A stretch of 25,661 nucleotides of DNA, taken from Myxococcota bacterium (GTDB lineage: Bacteria > Myxococcota_A > Polyangia > Nannocystales > Nannocystaceae). Location of the stretch: positions 1-25,661 of the forward strand of contig JBCCHT010000076.1 in NCBI GenBank assembly GCA_039028615.1, in the 5' to 3' direction. The position numbers were made by a program, and so were the translations under genes. The notes beneath the pieces were generated by a model, which was given only the letters and a program-made list of their open reading frames with translations, did not search any database and was not told the DNA's origin. Positions 1 through 9,306 of this stretch are shown one piece after another. Every line of letters begins with the position of its first letter. The first letter of the stretch is position 1.

Positions 1-411
1 ACGCCGAGGCCAGCGTTCGGAGGGAAGCTCTCGAATCGCGTAGCCGAGCACCAAGCCCAGGGCGAGCACGTGCGGCGCGAGCAGGGTGGCCCAGGGCAGC
101 TCGCTCAGGTCGCGCCACGGCGGTCCGGCCCAGCGCGCCCACACCAGCGCGTGCACCAGGCCCAGCCACCACAGGGCGGCGATCATGCCGGCGATCCTGA
201 GCTCGACCGACAGGCGCAGGGTGGGGGCGGGCCGTGTGGAGGCCTCGTCGACGACGGGCCGGCCGAGATTCGAACGCGAGGCCACCCGCATCGCGTCCTC
301 GGAGGCCCGGGCCTGGAGCAGCACATCGTCTTCGCTCTCCACCACCGCGGGCTCGGGCGGGGAGAGGCCGGCTTGGGGCCGAGCCCCCGACGATGGCGGG
401 CGCTGGCTCAT
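1..411 (-). CDS. Membrane protein, N-terminal part (runs off the window edge); possibly a second sensor protein
   Basis: Not in the ORF track. I translated it by hand from ATG 411: MSQRPPSSGARPQ...LRIAGMIAALWWLGLVHALVWARW...LLAPHVLALGLVLGYAIRELPSERWPRR, open to position 1. The ATG overlaps the kinase TGA (ATGA, 408-411). Two hydrophobic segments. Confidence 0.7.
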   Translation of the reverse strand, partial: MSQRPPSSGARPQAGLSPPEPAVVESEDDVLLQARASEDAMRVASRSNLGRPVVDEASTRPAPTLRLSVELRIAGMIAALWWLGLVHALVWARWAGPPWRDLSELPWATLLAPHVLALGLVLGYAIRELPSERWPRR

Positions 412-2075
412 GAGGGGAAAATCTCCGCCACGCTGAGCTCGCCGGGCCGAATGGTCCGCCGTACCTTGGCCAGGGCTTGCTCCTCGGCCATGTCGATCGA
501 GGCGGGCCGATGCGGGGGATCGAGGGGCAGGGCCAGGGTGAAGGTGGAGCCGCGCCCGGGCTCCGACTCGGCGGTGAGGCTCCCGCCGTGGTGCTCCGCG
601 ATGCTGCGGGCGATGGCCAGGCCCAGGCCGGTGCCGCGCTCACGGCTATGCGAGCCCGCCTGGCGATACTCCTCGAATACGGTGTCGAGCTCGTCCGCCT
701 CGATGCCCACGCCCGTGTCGATGCAGCGCAGCATGACCTTCTTGGCCCGCGAGTCGAAGGAGCACCGCACCGAGATGCGCCCCTCCTCGGTGAACTTGAT
801 CGCGTTGCTGACGAGGTTGTTGAGGATCTGCCCGATGCGTCGGCGGTCGCAGATGACCTTGGGCAGATCGGGGGCGACCTCGGCGCGCAGCTGGACCGGC
901 TTGTCGCCGAGCTGAGGCTGATGGAACTCGACGGTGCGGCGTACGAGGGCGCCGAGGTCGGACCGAGCGAAGTGCAGCCGCAGGTCGCCCGACTCGATCA
1001 TCGAGATGTCGAGGATGTCGTTGATGAGCTCGAGCAGCTGCTTGCCGCCGGCCTGGATGAGTTCGACGTCTTCGGCCTGGGCCTCGGTGAGCGGGCTGGG
1101 CTGGCCCTCGAGCAGCAGCTGGGTGAAGCCTCCCACCACGTTGAGCGGGGTGCGTAGCTCGTGGCTGACCGCGTTGAGGAAGTCGGACTTGATGCGCTCG
1201 GCGGTCTGCGCCTGCTCGAGCACGGACTCGTAGCGGTGCAGGTTCTCGTCGAGCCGGCCGCGTAGCGTCTCGAGGTTGGCCAGCAGCTCGCCGACCTCGT
1301 CGTTGCGGGTGACCACGATGGGCGGCGTGGCCCCGGGGCGGCTGTCGGAGCGCGGCGCATCGTCGAGGCGCAGCGCGACGGACACGATGTCCTGCCCCGA
1401 GTTTTGCCCGAGGCTCGAGCCGGCCACCGCCGCGAGCACGGGGAACACCAGCAGGCCCGCGCCCGGCAGCAGCATGGAAAGATCGAGGGTGGTCTCGCTC
1501 AGCCGATGGGTGGCGGTGCCCAGGGCCAGCACCGCGACGGCAAAGGCGGCCGATGCCAGCACGCCGAGGTAGCTGCGCTCGAGCAAGGGCGGCGGCGAGG
1601 CGCCAGCGCGGGGGGCTCGACCGCCCGGGGCCCGAATGGCGAACGCATGCAGCACGCGCTTGGTGGGAATGGCCACGACATGCGCGGACGACCACACCGC
1701 GGCCGCGGCGGGTGCCATGGCGACGGCCAGCGGCAGGGCCGGGCCCTCGAGGATCTCGGGCGGCAGCACCAGCAGCGCGAACAAGATCGTCGCCACCGGA
1801 GCGGTGCTGCGAAGGGTGCTCGGAACCGAGCGCACCACATCGGCCGGATCTCCGTATTGACCGCGCAGGTACAGCGCCGCGAGCTGGGCGAGCACGGTCG
1901 CGAGCACGGCCAAGCTCACCACTTCGCGGCCGTGTTCAACTCCGGCCGGACCCGTCGCGAGAATGAGCGTGAGCAAGACGTGGGCGAGACTGAAGTGCAG
2001 CAGCCCGCCGACCCCCACCACGGCCAGCGCACGGACGAAATAGTCCGACCGCGCCTCGGAAGGGGCAGAAGCCAT
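408..2075 (-). CDS. Membrane-bound HAMP-type sensor histidine kinase (HisKA + HATPase_c, no receiver)
   Basis: H-box FLNAVSHELRTPLN, N-box ILNNLVSNAIKFT, G1 DTGVGI, G2 GTGLGL, HAMP-like VTRNDEVGELLANLE and several N-terminal TM helices. Start placed at ATG 2075 (or GTG 2078), because the 2213 start overlaps etfA. Confidence 0.93.
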   Translation of the reverse strand: MASAPSEARSDYFVRALAVVGVGGLLHFSLAHVLLTLILATGPAGVEHGREVVSLAVLATVLAQLAALYLRGQYGDPADVVRSVPSTLRSTAPVATILFALLVLPPEILEGPALPLAVAMAPAAAAVWSSAHVVAIPTKRVLHAFAIRAPGGRAPRAGASPPPLLERSYLGVLASAAFAVAVLALGTATHRLSETTLDLSMLLPGAGLLVFPVLAAVAGSSLGQNSGQDIVSVALRLDDAPRSDSRPGATPPIVVTRNDEVGELLANLETLRGRLDENLHRYESVLEQAQTAERIKSDFLNAVSHELRTPLNVVGGFTQLLLEGQPSPLTEAQAEDVELIQAGGKQLLELINDILDISMIESGDLRLHFARSDLGALVRRTVEFHQPQLGDKPVQLRAEVAPDLPKVICDRRRIGQILNNLVSNAIKFTEEGRISVRCSFDSRAKKVMLRCIDTGVGIEADELDTVFEEYRQAGSHSRERGTGLGLAIARSIAEHHGGSLTAESEPGRGSTFTLALPLDPPHRPASIDMAEEQALAKVRRTIRPGELSVAEIFPS

Positions 2076-2155
2076 CACCGAGGAGAATATCAAACGCGAC
2101 GAGGCCGCCGGGTCCGGGGGACACCGACGGCCTCGAAAGTAGGCGACAGCTGCTG

Positions 2156-3130
2156 TCAGCCGGCCTTGCGGGCCTTGATGAGCTCGAGCAGCTTGGGCAT
2201 CGCATCTTCCCACTTGGCGACCAGGCCGTAGTCCGCCACCTGGAAGATGGGGGCTTCTTCGTCCTTGTTGATCGCCACGATGGTCTTGCTGCCCTTCATG
2301 CCGGCCAGGTGCTGGATGGCACCGGAGATGGCGACGGCGAAGTACAGCTCGGGGGCGACGACCTTGCCGGTCTGCCCGACCTGCAGGTCGGCGGGCACCA
2401 TGCCCGCGTCGGTGGCGGCCCGGCTGGCACCCAGGGCGCCGCCCAGCATGTCGGTGAGCTCTTCGAGGATCTTGAAGTTCTCACCCTTTTGCATGCCGCG
2501 ACCGCCGGAGACGACCACGTTGGCCTCGGTGAGCGCCGGGCGGGCGCTCTCGGTCTTGGCGATGCCGGCCACCTCGGCGCCCCGCGTGCTGACCTTGGGC
2601 GCGGTGAGGTTGTTGACGCTGGCAGCTCCACCACCGGCCTCGGCCGCGGCGAAGTCACTGCCACGCGCGGTGAAGCCGAAGGGCGCGCCGTCGACCTCGA
2701 CCTTGGCGATCGCACGACCGGCCGAGATCTCGCGGGTGAACGCGTTGGCGCCCGCGACCCCGGTGACCTCCGAAGCGAGCGGAGCGTCGAGCACCGCGGC
2801 AGCGCGGGGCACCACCGAGCGGAGGGTCGAGCTGGCGGTACCACCGAAGGCGGTGGCGCCCAGCTCCCGCACGGCGGCCACGACCACGTCGGTCCAGGCT
2901 TCGGCGGTGAAGGGCTCGAGCTCGGCGGCCTCGACCGCGTGCACGGCGGTGGCTCCGTAGCCCGCCTCCGCGACGGCAGCCGCGGCGGCGCCCGGCGAAG
3001 CGCCCGGCACCAGCAGGTGGAGTTCGCCGCCGCTGGCCTCGGCCAGCTGCTTTCCGGCGGTGATACCGGGCAGAGCGGCCGCCTTGGCGCCAGCCGCATC
3101 CGTTTCGACGATGACGAGTACCTTGCTCAT
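2156..3130 (-). CDS. etfA: Electron transfer flavoprotein subunit alpha
   Basis: FAD-binding motifs [61 protein letters not shown]; overlaps the etfB stop. Confidence 0.97.
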   Translation of the reverse strand: MSKVLVIVETDAAGAKAAALPGITAGKQLAEASGGELHLLVPGASPGAAAAAVAEAGYGATAVHAVEAAELEPFTAEAWTDVVVAAVRELGATAFGGTASSTLRSVVPRAAAVLDAPLASEVTGVAGANAFTREISAGRAIAKVEVDGAPFGFTARGSDFAAAEAGGGAASVNNLTAPKVSTRGAEVAGIAKTESARPALTEANVVVSGGRGMQKGENFKILEELTDMLGGALGASRAATDAGMVPADLQVGQTGKVVAPELYFAVAISGAIQHLAGMKGSKTIVAINKDEEAPIFQVADYGLVAKWEDAMPKLLELIKARKAG

Positions 3131-3948
3131 AGGACCTTGGCCTCCGTGGCGAGCTTTTCGACCAGCGTCTCGGGCGAGTCGACGATCTGACCGGCTGCGC
3201 GAGCAGGCGGCGCGGTGATCTCGGCGTAGCGAAGCTTGGCGGTCGGCTCCACGCCCAGGTCGGCCGGGCTATGGATGGCAACCTTCTTGCGCTTGGCCAT
3301 GGTGATGCCGCGCAGCGAGGCGAGGCGAGCACCGTCTTGGTACTTGTGGTCGGCCGGGGTCACGCCGTTTTTGACGCTCGTGGGCAGGACGATCCGGAGG
3401 TCGACCGACACCACGGCGGGCAGCGGCAGGACCTTGGTCTCCACGCCGTCGTCGACCTCGCGGTCGACCTTGAGCTTGCTGCCGTCGCGGTCCCACTCGA
3501 GGCCGGCCGCGAACGAGGCCTGGGGCTGGTCGAGCAGCCCGGCCACCCGCTGGGCGACCTCGTTGCTCTCGGTGTCTTGCGACAGCTTGCCCGCGATCAC
3601 GAGATCGCAGCCTTCTTTTTGAGCGACGGCCGCGATCAGCTTGGCGATCGTCTGGCTGTCCATTGCGGTGTCGTCGGCATCGACCATGACGCCGCGATCG
3701 GCACCCATCGCGAGGAACTGCGTCACGTGCTGGCGCTTGTCCTTGGGACAAATGCTCAGGACGATCACCTCCGCGAGGCGCTCCTTCTTCTTGCTCACGT
3801 TCTCTGCGAGCCGTAGGGCAGTCTCGACCGCGTACTCATCGAACGCGTTCGGGACCCACTTGGACGACGAAGTATCGATCGCGCTCCCCGCGAACTTCAG
3901 GTTCTCATCGGGGTCTGGGATCCGCTTGACGGTGACCAGGATTTTCAC
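3127..3948 (-). CDS. etfB: Electron transfer flavoprotein subunit beta
   Basis: VKILVTVKRIPD start, NAFDEYAVETALRL, LAMGADRG, REVDDGVET, LPAVVSVDLR. GTG 3948 is preceded by the SD-like AGGAGA (3960-3955) with a 6-nt spacer. Confidence 0.95.
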   Translation of the reverse strand: MKILVTVKRIPDPDENLKFAGSAIDTSSSKWVPNAFDEYAVETALRLAENVSKKKERLAEVIVLSICPKDKRQHVTQFLAMGADRGVMVDADDTAMDSQTIAKLIAAVAQKEGCDLVIAGKLSQDTESNEVAQRVAGLLDQPQASFAAGLEWDRDGSKLKVDREVDDGVETKVLPLPAVVSVDLRIVLPTSVKNGVTPADHKYQDGARLASLRGITMAKRKKVAIHSPADLGVEPTAKLRYAEITAPPARAAGQIVDSPETLVEKLATEAKVL

Positions 3949-3984
3949 CGGCACTCTCCTTGCCTTGAGGGTTGACTCAGGCGG

Positions 3985-4013
3985 CTTATCGCGTGCGCGA
4001 AGCGGGCTGTCAA
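3985..4013 (-). promoter_or_regulatory. Candidate sigma70 promoter of etfBA
   Basis: Perfect TTGACA (4013-4008 on minus) followed 17 nt later by a weak GATAAG. Confidence 0.4.
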
Positions 4014-4148
4014 CGCGAGGAAAATCCACGCGGGGCGAGCGCGGGTGCGCGCGATGACGAGCGCTCGCCTCGACGCGCAGCGTGCGTTCGTCGTCGGGTT
4101 TTCACGGTACGGGGGCCTCTTTTGTCCGTCTTGCGACGCGTGACGGCT

Positions 4149-5147
4149 GTGCGTTACCGTGCCGGCCTCTTGCGACGGGTCACCCAGTTCGTGATGGGCA
4201 TCCTGGTGGGCGGTATGACGGCTGCGTGCAGCCCGGCCTGCAATCCCCCGGATGCAAAAAACCCCGGAACCGACGAGCCGCGAGGCGCGAAGGCCAGCCA
4301 GGCGAGCTCCGAGCGCGGAGAAAAAGCCGCCAAGCTCGCTGAGCACGAGAAGAAGCGGGCCGATCTCCCCAAGGGCGACATGATCATGGAAGCCCCGGGG
4401 GTCGACATCAGCTCGCTCTCGGAGGCCCAGCGCGGGGTGTTCTTCCAAGTGATCAACACCGAGCCGAGCGCATGCGACAAGCCGCACAGCATGGCGCGCT
4501 CGCTCAAGGACGACCCCGAGTGTCGCGACTCGCAGACGGTCGCGCAGTTCGTGGCCGACAACCTCGCCGCGGGCGCGGCCGCCAGTGCCGTCAAGGGCGC
4601 GGTCCCGCAGATCGTCGCCGCACTGCAGCCCCGTGAGATCAATATCGAGGGCCGCCCCGTCTACGGGTCCGAGCGCGCCCCGGTCACCGTCGTCGTCTTC
4701 GCCGACTTCGAGTGCCCGCACTGCCGCAAGGAAGCGCCGGTCCTGCGCAAGGCGATCGATACCTTCCGCGGCCGAGCCAAGCTCGTCTACAAGCACTTCC
4801 CGCTCGGGGGCCACAAGTGGGCCAAGATCGCGGCCATCGCCACCGAGGCCGCCTTCGCTCAGGGCAAGTTCTGGGAGATGCACGACCTGGTCTTCGAGAA
4901 CCAGGCCGCCCTGTCCAACGAGCGGATCATCCAGCTCGCCGGGCGCATCGACGGGCTCGACGTCGAGAAGTTCAAGGCCGATTTCGCGGCCGAGATGGGC
5001 AAGGCCGTCGTCGAGCAGGACAAGGCCGACGGCGAAAAGCTCGGCATCAACGGCACGCCCGCGGTCTACATCAACGGCCGTGAGTACCTCCCGATGCTCT
5101 TCGGCGGCAGCGTCACCGGCTGGATCGACGACGCGCTCAAGCGCTGA
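4149..5147 (+). CDS. DsbA-like thioredoxin-fold oxidoreductase (Thioredoxin_4/DSBA), probable lipoprotein
   Basis: APVTVVVFADFECPHC active site, YKHFPL, QGKFWEMHDLVF, cis-Pro loop GINGTP, and a signal-like segment ending TAAC. Start uncertain (GTG 4140/4149 or ATG 4194). Confidence 0.88.
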   Translation: MRYRAGLLRRVTQFVMGILVGGMTAACSPACNPPDAKNPGTDEPRGAKASQASSERGEKAAKLAEHEKKRADLPKGDMIMEAPGVDISSLSEAQRGVFFQVINTEPSACDKPHSMARSLKDDPECRDSQTVAQFVADNLAAGAAASAVKGAVPQIVAALQPREINIEGRPVYGSERAPVTVVVFADFECPHCRKEAPVLRKAIDTFRGRAKLVYKHFPLGGHKWAKIAAIATEAAFAQGKFWEMHDLVFENQAALSNERIIQLAGRIDGLDVEKFKADFAAEMGKAVVEQDKADGEKLGINGTPAVYINGREYLPMLFGGSVTGWIDDALKR

Positions 5148-5173
5148 GTCGGTCCCGGAAAGCGAGAACGAAC

Positions 5174-6124
5174 ATGGCCGCGCCCAGGCCCTGGATCGAG
5201 GCGTTCGCCCCGGCCACCGTGTCCAACCTCGGCCCCGGCTTCGATTGCCTGGGCTTGGCCGTGCGGAGCGTCGGCGATCGGGTTCGCGCCCGTCGACGTG
5301 ACGAGCCCGGCGTGGTGCTGAGCAAGGTCGATGGCGACGGCGGCAAGCTGCCGCGGGAGATCGACCGCAACACCGCCGCGGTGGCGGCGTCGTGGCTGCT
5401 GTCTCGGCACGCGCCCGAGCAGGGCGTGGAGCTCGAGCTGTTCAAGGGGCTGCCGCTGGGCAGCGGGCTCGGCTCGAGCGGCGCCAGTGCGTGCGCGGCC
5501 GCGGTCGCCGTGGATGCGGCTCTCGGCCTCGGCCTGCCTCCGGCCACCTTGGTCGATGCCGCGCGCCATGCCGAGGGGGTCGCCTGCGGGACGGCCCACC
5601 CGGACAACGTCGCGCCCTGCATCGTCGGCGGGATCGTGCTCATCCCTGCGTTGGATCCGCTGCGCTTGATCTCGCTGCCCTCGCCCGAGCGACTGTGGCT
5701 GGCGATCTACACCCCCGGGTGCTCCGTCGCGACCGCCGACGCTCGGGCCGTGCTGCCCCAGCGGGTGCCCATGGCGGCCACGGTCACGCAGGCGGCGCGG
5801 CTGGGGCTATTGGTGCACGCGCTGCACCAAGACGACCTGGCCTTGCTGGGGGAAGCGGTGGTCGACGACATCGTCGAGCCGGCCCGCGCCAGCCTCATCC
5901 CCGGCTATCTCGACGCCAAGGTCGCGTGTGTCGAGGCCGGCGCGCTGGCGTGCAGCATCAGCGGGGCCGGGCCCACCACCTTCGCCCTCAGCGACGACGA
6001 GACGCGGGCCAAGGCATTGCTCGAGATCCTCGAGGACGTCTACACCGGGGCGGGTGTCCCGGGGCGCGGCATGGTCGATCGGGTCGGCCCGGGCGCGCGG
6101 GTCACCACGCCGCCGCTGCACTGA
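5174..6124 (+). CDS. thrB: Homoserine kinase (GHMP family)
   Basis: APATVSNLGPGFDCLGLA, KGLPLGSGLGSSGASA, HPDNVAP, SISGAGPT. Confidence 0.93.
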   Translation: MAAPRPWIEAFAPATVSNLGPGFDCLGLAVRSVGDRVRARRRDEPGVVLSKVDGDGGKLPREIDRNTAAVAASWLLSRHAPEQGVELELFKGLPLGSGLGSSGASACAAAVAVDAALGLGLPPATLVDAARHAEGVACGTAHPDNVAPCIVGGIVLIPALDPLRLISLPSPERLWLAIYTPGCSVATADARAVLPQRVPMAATVTQAARLGLLVHALHQDDLALLGEAVVDDIVEPARASLIPGYLDAKVACVEAGALACSISGAGPTTFALSDDETRAKALLEILEDVYTGAGVPGRGMVDRVGPGARVTTPPLH

Positions 6125-6142
6125 TTGCATCGCCGCCGCGCC

Positions 6143-7051
6143 TCAGTCGCGGGTGTCGTGCGTCTGCGTCAGAAACTCTCCCGCCAGTTCGACGAACGCT
6201 CGGATTCGGGGCGCGAGGTGGCGGCTCGACGGCCACACGAGCGCGATCCGTCCCGAGTCCAACGACCACTGCGAGAGCACGCCGGTCAGGGCACCGCGTT
6301 CGACGGACGGCTCGGCCACGAAGTTCGGCAGCAGCGCTACGCCGCCGCCCGACTCGATGAGGGCCCGTACCAGCAGCATGTCGTTCGCCGAGAGCGTGAC
6401 CGCGGGAAATTCGAAACGCTCGGTGGCCGTCGACGACGTCAGCGTGATGTGGGAGCCGGCCGGGGCCGAAAAGGAGACGTAGTCGTGGTCGCGCAGGTCT
6501 GCCAGAGAGGCCGGCGTTCCTCGGCGCTCGAGGTAGTCGGGGCTCGCGTAGAACGACGCGGGCGGGAGGTCGTAGACCCGCGACATCAGATCGGAGGTGC
6601 CGGGGATGCGATCGGAGTACGCCCGGAACGCCACGTCGACCCCTTCATGCACGAGGTCGACCACCCGATTGTCGATGCGAAACTCGAGCTCGACCTCCGG
6701 GAAGCGGCGGCGGTAGGTGACCATGAGCCGAGCGAAGGTCTCGGTGCGCCCGAAGTCGGGAGCGGCGACCACCAGCTTCCCGCGAGGTTGATCTGCGATC
6801 GTCTCCAGCGCCAACGCGGCATTGGCCAGCTCTCTCATCGCTCCGCTGGTCAGGCGGTGTAGCCGTCGTCCGTCCTCGGTGAGCACGAACGCGCGCGCCG
6901 AACGTCGCACCAGCTCCACGCCGACCGCTTCCTCCAAACGGGCGATGCGTCGGGTGATGGTCGACCGCGGCACGCCCTCGTCCTTCGCGGCCGCGGCGAA
7001 GGTCCCCAGCTCGACCACGCGGACGAAGCTCCGTAGGTCGTTGAGGTTCAT
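6143..7051 (-). CDS. LysR-family transcriptional regulator (CrgA-like)
   Basis: HTH MNLNDLRSFVRVVELGTFAAAA...RSTITRRIARLEEAVGVELVRRSAR; substrate domain VVDLVHEGVDVAFR, YASPDYL, APRIRAFVE. ATG at 7051. Confidence 0.95.
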   Translation of the reverse strand: MNLNDLRSFVRVVELGTFAAAAKDEGVPRSTITRRIARLEEAVGVELVRRSARAFVLTEDGRRLHRLTSGAMRELANAALALETIADQPRGKLVVAAPDFGRTETFARLMVTYRRRFPEVELEFRIDNRVVDLVHEGVDVAFRAYSDRIPGTSDLMSRVYDLPPASFYASPDYLERRGTPASLADLRDHDYVSFSAPAGSHITLTSSTATERFEFPAVTLSANDMLLVRALIESGGGVALLPNFVAEPSVERGALTGVLSQWSLDSGRIALVWPSSRHLAPRIRAFVELAGEFLTQTHDTRD

Positions 7052-7052
7052 G

Positions 7053-7123
7053 GATTCGAGAGTAGCAAAAAGGCAACTCGACGGTGCTTGATTGCTGAGT
7101 TGTTGCTTTTTTGTTCTCGAATC
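7053..7123. promoter_or_regulatory. Imperfect inverted repeat containing probable LysR binding sites in the divergent promoter region
   Basis: Two 27-nt arms (7053-7079 and 7097-7123) share GATTCGAGA and CAACTC in inverted orientation. The dyad GTAGC-N6-GCAAC (7062-7077) contains a T-N11-A. Confidence 0.55.
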
Positions 7124-7163
7124 ACTGTGTACGCAGGTCGAGTCGACCGGGAGAGGTGTACCG

Positions 7164-8156
7164 ATGAAGACAATCCACACTGCACTGGTGACGGGAGCGA
7201 ACTCTGGACTGGGGTTCGAGGCCGCCGCCCAGCTCGCCGAACAGGGCGCGAGCCGGGTGATCCTCGCGTGTCGCAATCCCACCAAGGCCGCCGCGGCTGC
7301 ACAGGCGCTTCGAGAGCGGACCGGGCGAGACGTGTTCGAGGTCGAGGTGGTGGATGTGTCCGAGGTCGCCAGCGCCTCCGCCTTGGCGGCTCGCCTGGTT
7401 CGCGCGGGGACGAAGATCGACTACCTGCTCCTCAACGCGTCCAACGACTCACTCGAGCGCGTGATCACCGAGGGGGGCTATGAGCTGACCTTGGCGACGA
7501 ATCTGGTTGGCCATCACGTGCTGACGGTCGACCTCGTGGAAGGGGGAGCACTGGCGGCGGGTGCCCGCATCGTGATCTCCACGTCCGAGGTCGTGCGGCG
7601 ATTGGTCCACGACCGGCTCTACGACTACGACCGCCTCGCCGAGGATGCGGGGTCCGTGCGCTCGGCGGCCGTCGAAGTCGTTCGAGGTCGCCTGCCACGC
7701 AAGCACGCGATGATGAGCGCGTACTCCAACGCCAAGATGTGGGCGGTCTGGTGGGCGCTCGAGCTGTCGCGGCGCTTGCCGGAGGGCATGGCGGTCTTTG
7801 CCGTGTCCCCCGGCGTGGTCCCGCATACGCGTGACCCCAAGACCCTGCCGTGGTCCATTCGCTCGATGATGCCTCTGTATCGCGTGCTCGCGCCCTTGCT
7901 CGGTGCGGCCTGGTCGGTCTCCGACGGGGCGCGTCAGTACCTCGAGGGCGCCGGGCTGCCCGTCTCGGAATCCGGCGCGTTCTACGGCGCGCCCCCGCGG
8001 CGCGGCATCGGGAAGCTCGAGCGGCAGACGGACGATCACTATGACAACGAGCCCTGGGCCGCCGCCGTCTGGGCGGCGCTGACCCGGGAGACGGGCCACG
8101 CGTTGCACCGGTCCGGGACGGGCCCCAGCGGCCGCCGCTCCTCTCCCGTGCATTGA
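7164..8156 (+). CDS. Short-chain dehydrogenase/reductase (WWOX/retinol-dehydrogenase-like)
   Basis: ALVTGANSGLG, VILACRN, ATNLVGHHVLT, catalytic YSNAK, VSPGVV; SD GAGAGG 7151-7156 before ATG 7164; divergent from the LysR gene. Confidence 0.92.
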   Translation: MKTIHTALVTGANSGLGFEAAAQLAEQGASRVILACRNPTKAAAAAQALRERTGRDVFEVEVVDVSEVASASALAARLVRAGTKIDYLLLNASNDSLERVITEGGYELTLATNLVGHHVLTVDLVEGGALAAGARIVISTSEVVRRLVHDRLYDYDRLAEDAGSVRSAAVEVVRGRLPRKHAMMSAYSNAKMWAVWWALELSRRLPEGMAVFAVSPGVVPHTRDPKTLPWSIRSMMPLYRVLAPLLGAAWSVSDGARQYLEGAGLPVSESGAFYGAPPRRGIGKLERQTDDHYDNEPWAAAVWAALTRETGHALHRSGTGPSGRRSSPVH

Positions 8157-8218
8157 GCCGATCGCGCCGGGAATGAACGCGCCGGGCGTCGGTTATGCTG
8201 AGCCCGGAAGCGGCCCCC

Positions 8219-8434
8219 ATGCGACGTGAACTCGGAACCTCCTATATCCTCTGCGCCCTCGGTTTTCTCGGCCTGTCGGGCATCCATCGGTTCTATCTCG
8301 GCAAGCCCATCACTGGGCTGCTGTGGTTCTTCACCGGCGGCCTATTCGCCATCGGCACCATCTACGACCTGATCACGCTGCCCAGCCAGGTCGCCGATGC
8401 CAATCGTGGCGCGCTCCCGGCCGGCTATCGTTGA
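8219..8434 (+). CDS. TM2 domain-containing small membrane protein
   Basis: GFLGLSGIHRFYLGKPITGLLWFFTGGLFAIGTIYDLI is the TM2 signature. Start is ATG 8219 (alternative 8195). Confidence 0.88.
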   Translation: MRRELGTSYILCALGFLGLSGIHRFYLGKPITGLLWFFTGGLFAIGTIYDLITLPSQVADANRGALPAGYR

Positions 8435-8461
8435 GCCGCCGAAAATCAGCCTCCAAACGCA

Positions 8462-8489
8462 AAAAAGCCCCGCATATGCGGGGCTTTTT
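8462..8489. terminator. Bidirectional intrinsic terminator
   Basis: Perfect palindrome AAAAAGCCCCGCAT/ATGCGGGGCTTTTT between convergent genes, giving a U-tract on both strands. Confidence 0.9.
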
Positions 8490-8516
8490 CGTGTCGAGCG
8501 CAGGATTGGGTCGGGC

Positions 8517-8954
8517 TTACTCGGTGACCACGACGGCGTAGGAGGACAGGTACACGGCCGAGGCGGTGACGATCTCGTCGCTCATGTCCACGCGATGGTC
8601 GGCGAGCGGCTTCCAGTTCTCCTCGCGCTCGGTGAGCACCTCGAGCGCCTCGGCGCTCAGGCCCTCCATCATCTCCTCGTCGAGTTCGTAGGTGATGGTG
8701 CCGGGGAAGAGCAGGGGAAAGCCGACGGGGCCGATCTCGTAGCAGGGGCCGATGGCGGTGTCCTGCTCGCAGTCGATCTCCTCGATGGTGATGTCCACCT
8801 GCTGGTCGAGAGCACCCGCGGGAACCTCCAACGAGAAGCGTCCGTCCTCCGAAACGACGACTCCACCTCGGGGCCCGATGGTGGTTCCGTCTTCCTGGTC
8901 ACATGCGGTGACCAGGACTAGCGCGGCGAGTGCGGCTTTCGCGATGTAGTTCAT
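8517..8954 (-). CDS. Acidic lipoprotein, ZU5-like beta domain
   Basis: MNYIAKAALAALVLVTAC lipobox; IGPRGGVV..DGRFSLEVPAGAL...ITI...YEIGPVG..L..P.TIT resembles ZU5-type domains; SD GGGAGG 8969-8964. Confidence 0.75.
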   Translation of the reverse strand: MNYIAKAALAALVLVTACDQEDGTTIGPRGGVVVSEDGRFSLEVPAGALDQQVDITIEEIDCEQDTAIGPCYEIGPVGFPLLFPGTITYELDEEMMEGLSAEALEVLTEREENWKPLADHRVDMSDEIVTASAVYLSSYAVVVTE

Positions 8955-9271
8955 GGTGCTCAACCTCCCTGCATTGTGTCAGACACTCCAACTCACGAGC
9001 TTTCCGGTGCGAACTGCCCAAAAATTTGCGCAAGCTGATTTTGCGCGCGCCGCGGCTACACGATGTGGCGCAAAGTAATAATGATTTCAACGAACAAGAG
9101 GCTTGCGCGGTCTTGGAGCAAGGCAAATCCGCCGCTCAGTTGGCCCACACTGGAGCAACTCTAGGCAAATTACCTACAGCGTGAAGCACGCCCAGGCGTC
9201 ATGTTCGCGGGGCTCGGTACAAAGACTACCGGCCGCGGACATCTCGCCGAGGAATGATCCCCCTTATTGGA

Positions 9272-9295
9272 TCCACCATGTCGATGCATGGCGGA
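9272..9295 (-). terminator. Hairpin just after the stop of the Cys-rich lipoprotein gene
   Basis: Minus strand TCCGCCATG-catcga-CATGGTGGA (9 bp including one G-U); no real U-tract. Confidence 0.35.
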
Positions 9296-9306
9296 CCGAG
9301 GCGCCC

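Noticed and set aside
9066..9095. AT-rich stretch resembling a dif/Xer or IHF site
   Set aside because: Matches neither the XerD arm TTATGTTAAAT nor WATCAA-N4-TTR adequately.
8899..9184. Small ORFs in the 8955-9306 gap
   Set aside because: Atypical codon usage, no SD, no motifs, and they overlap the lipoprotein start.
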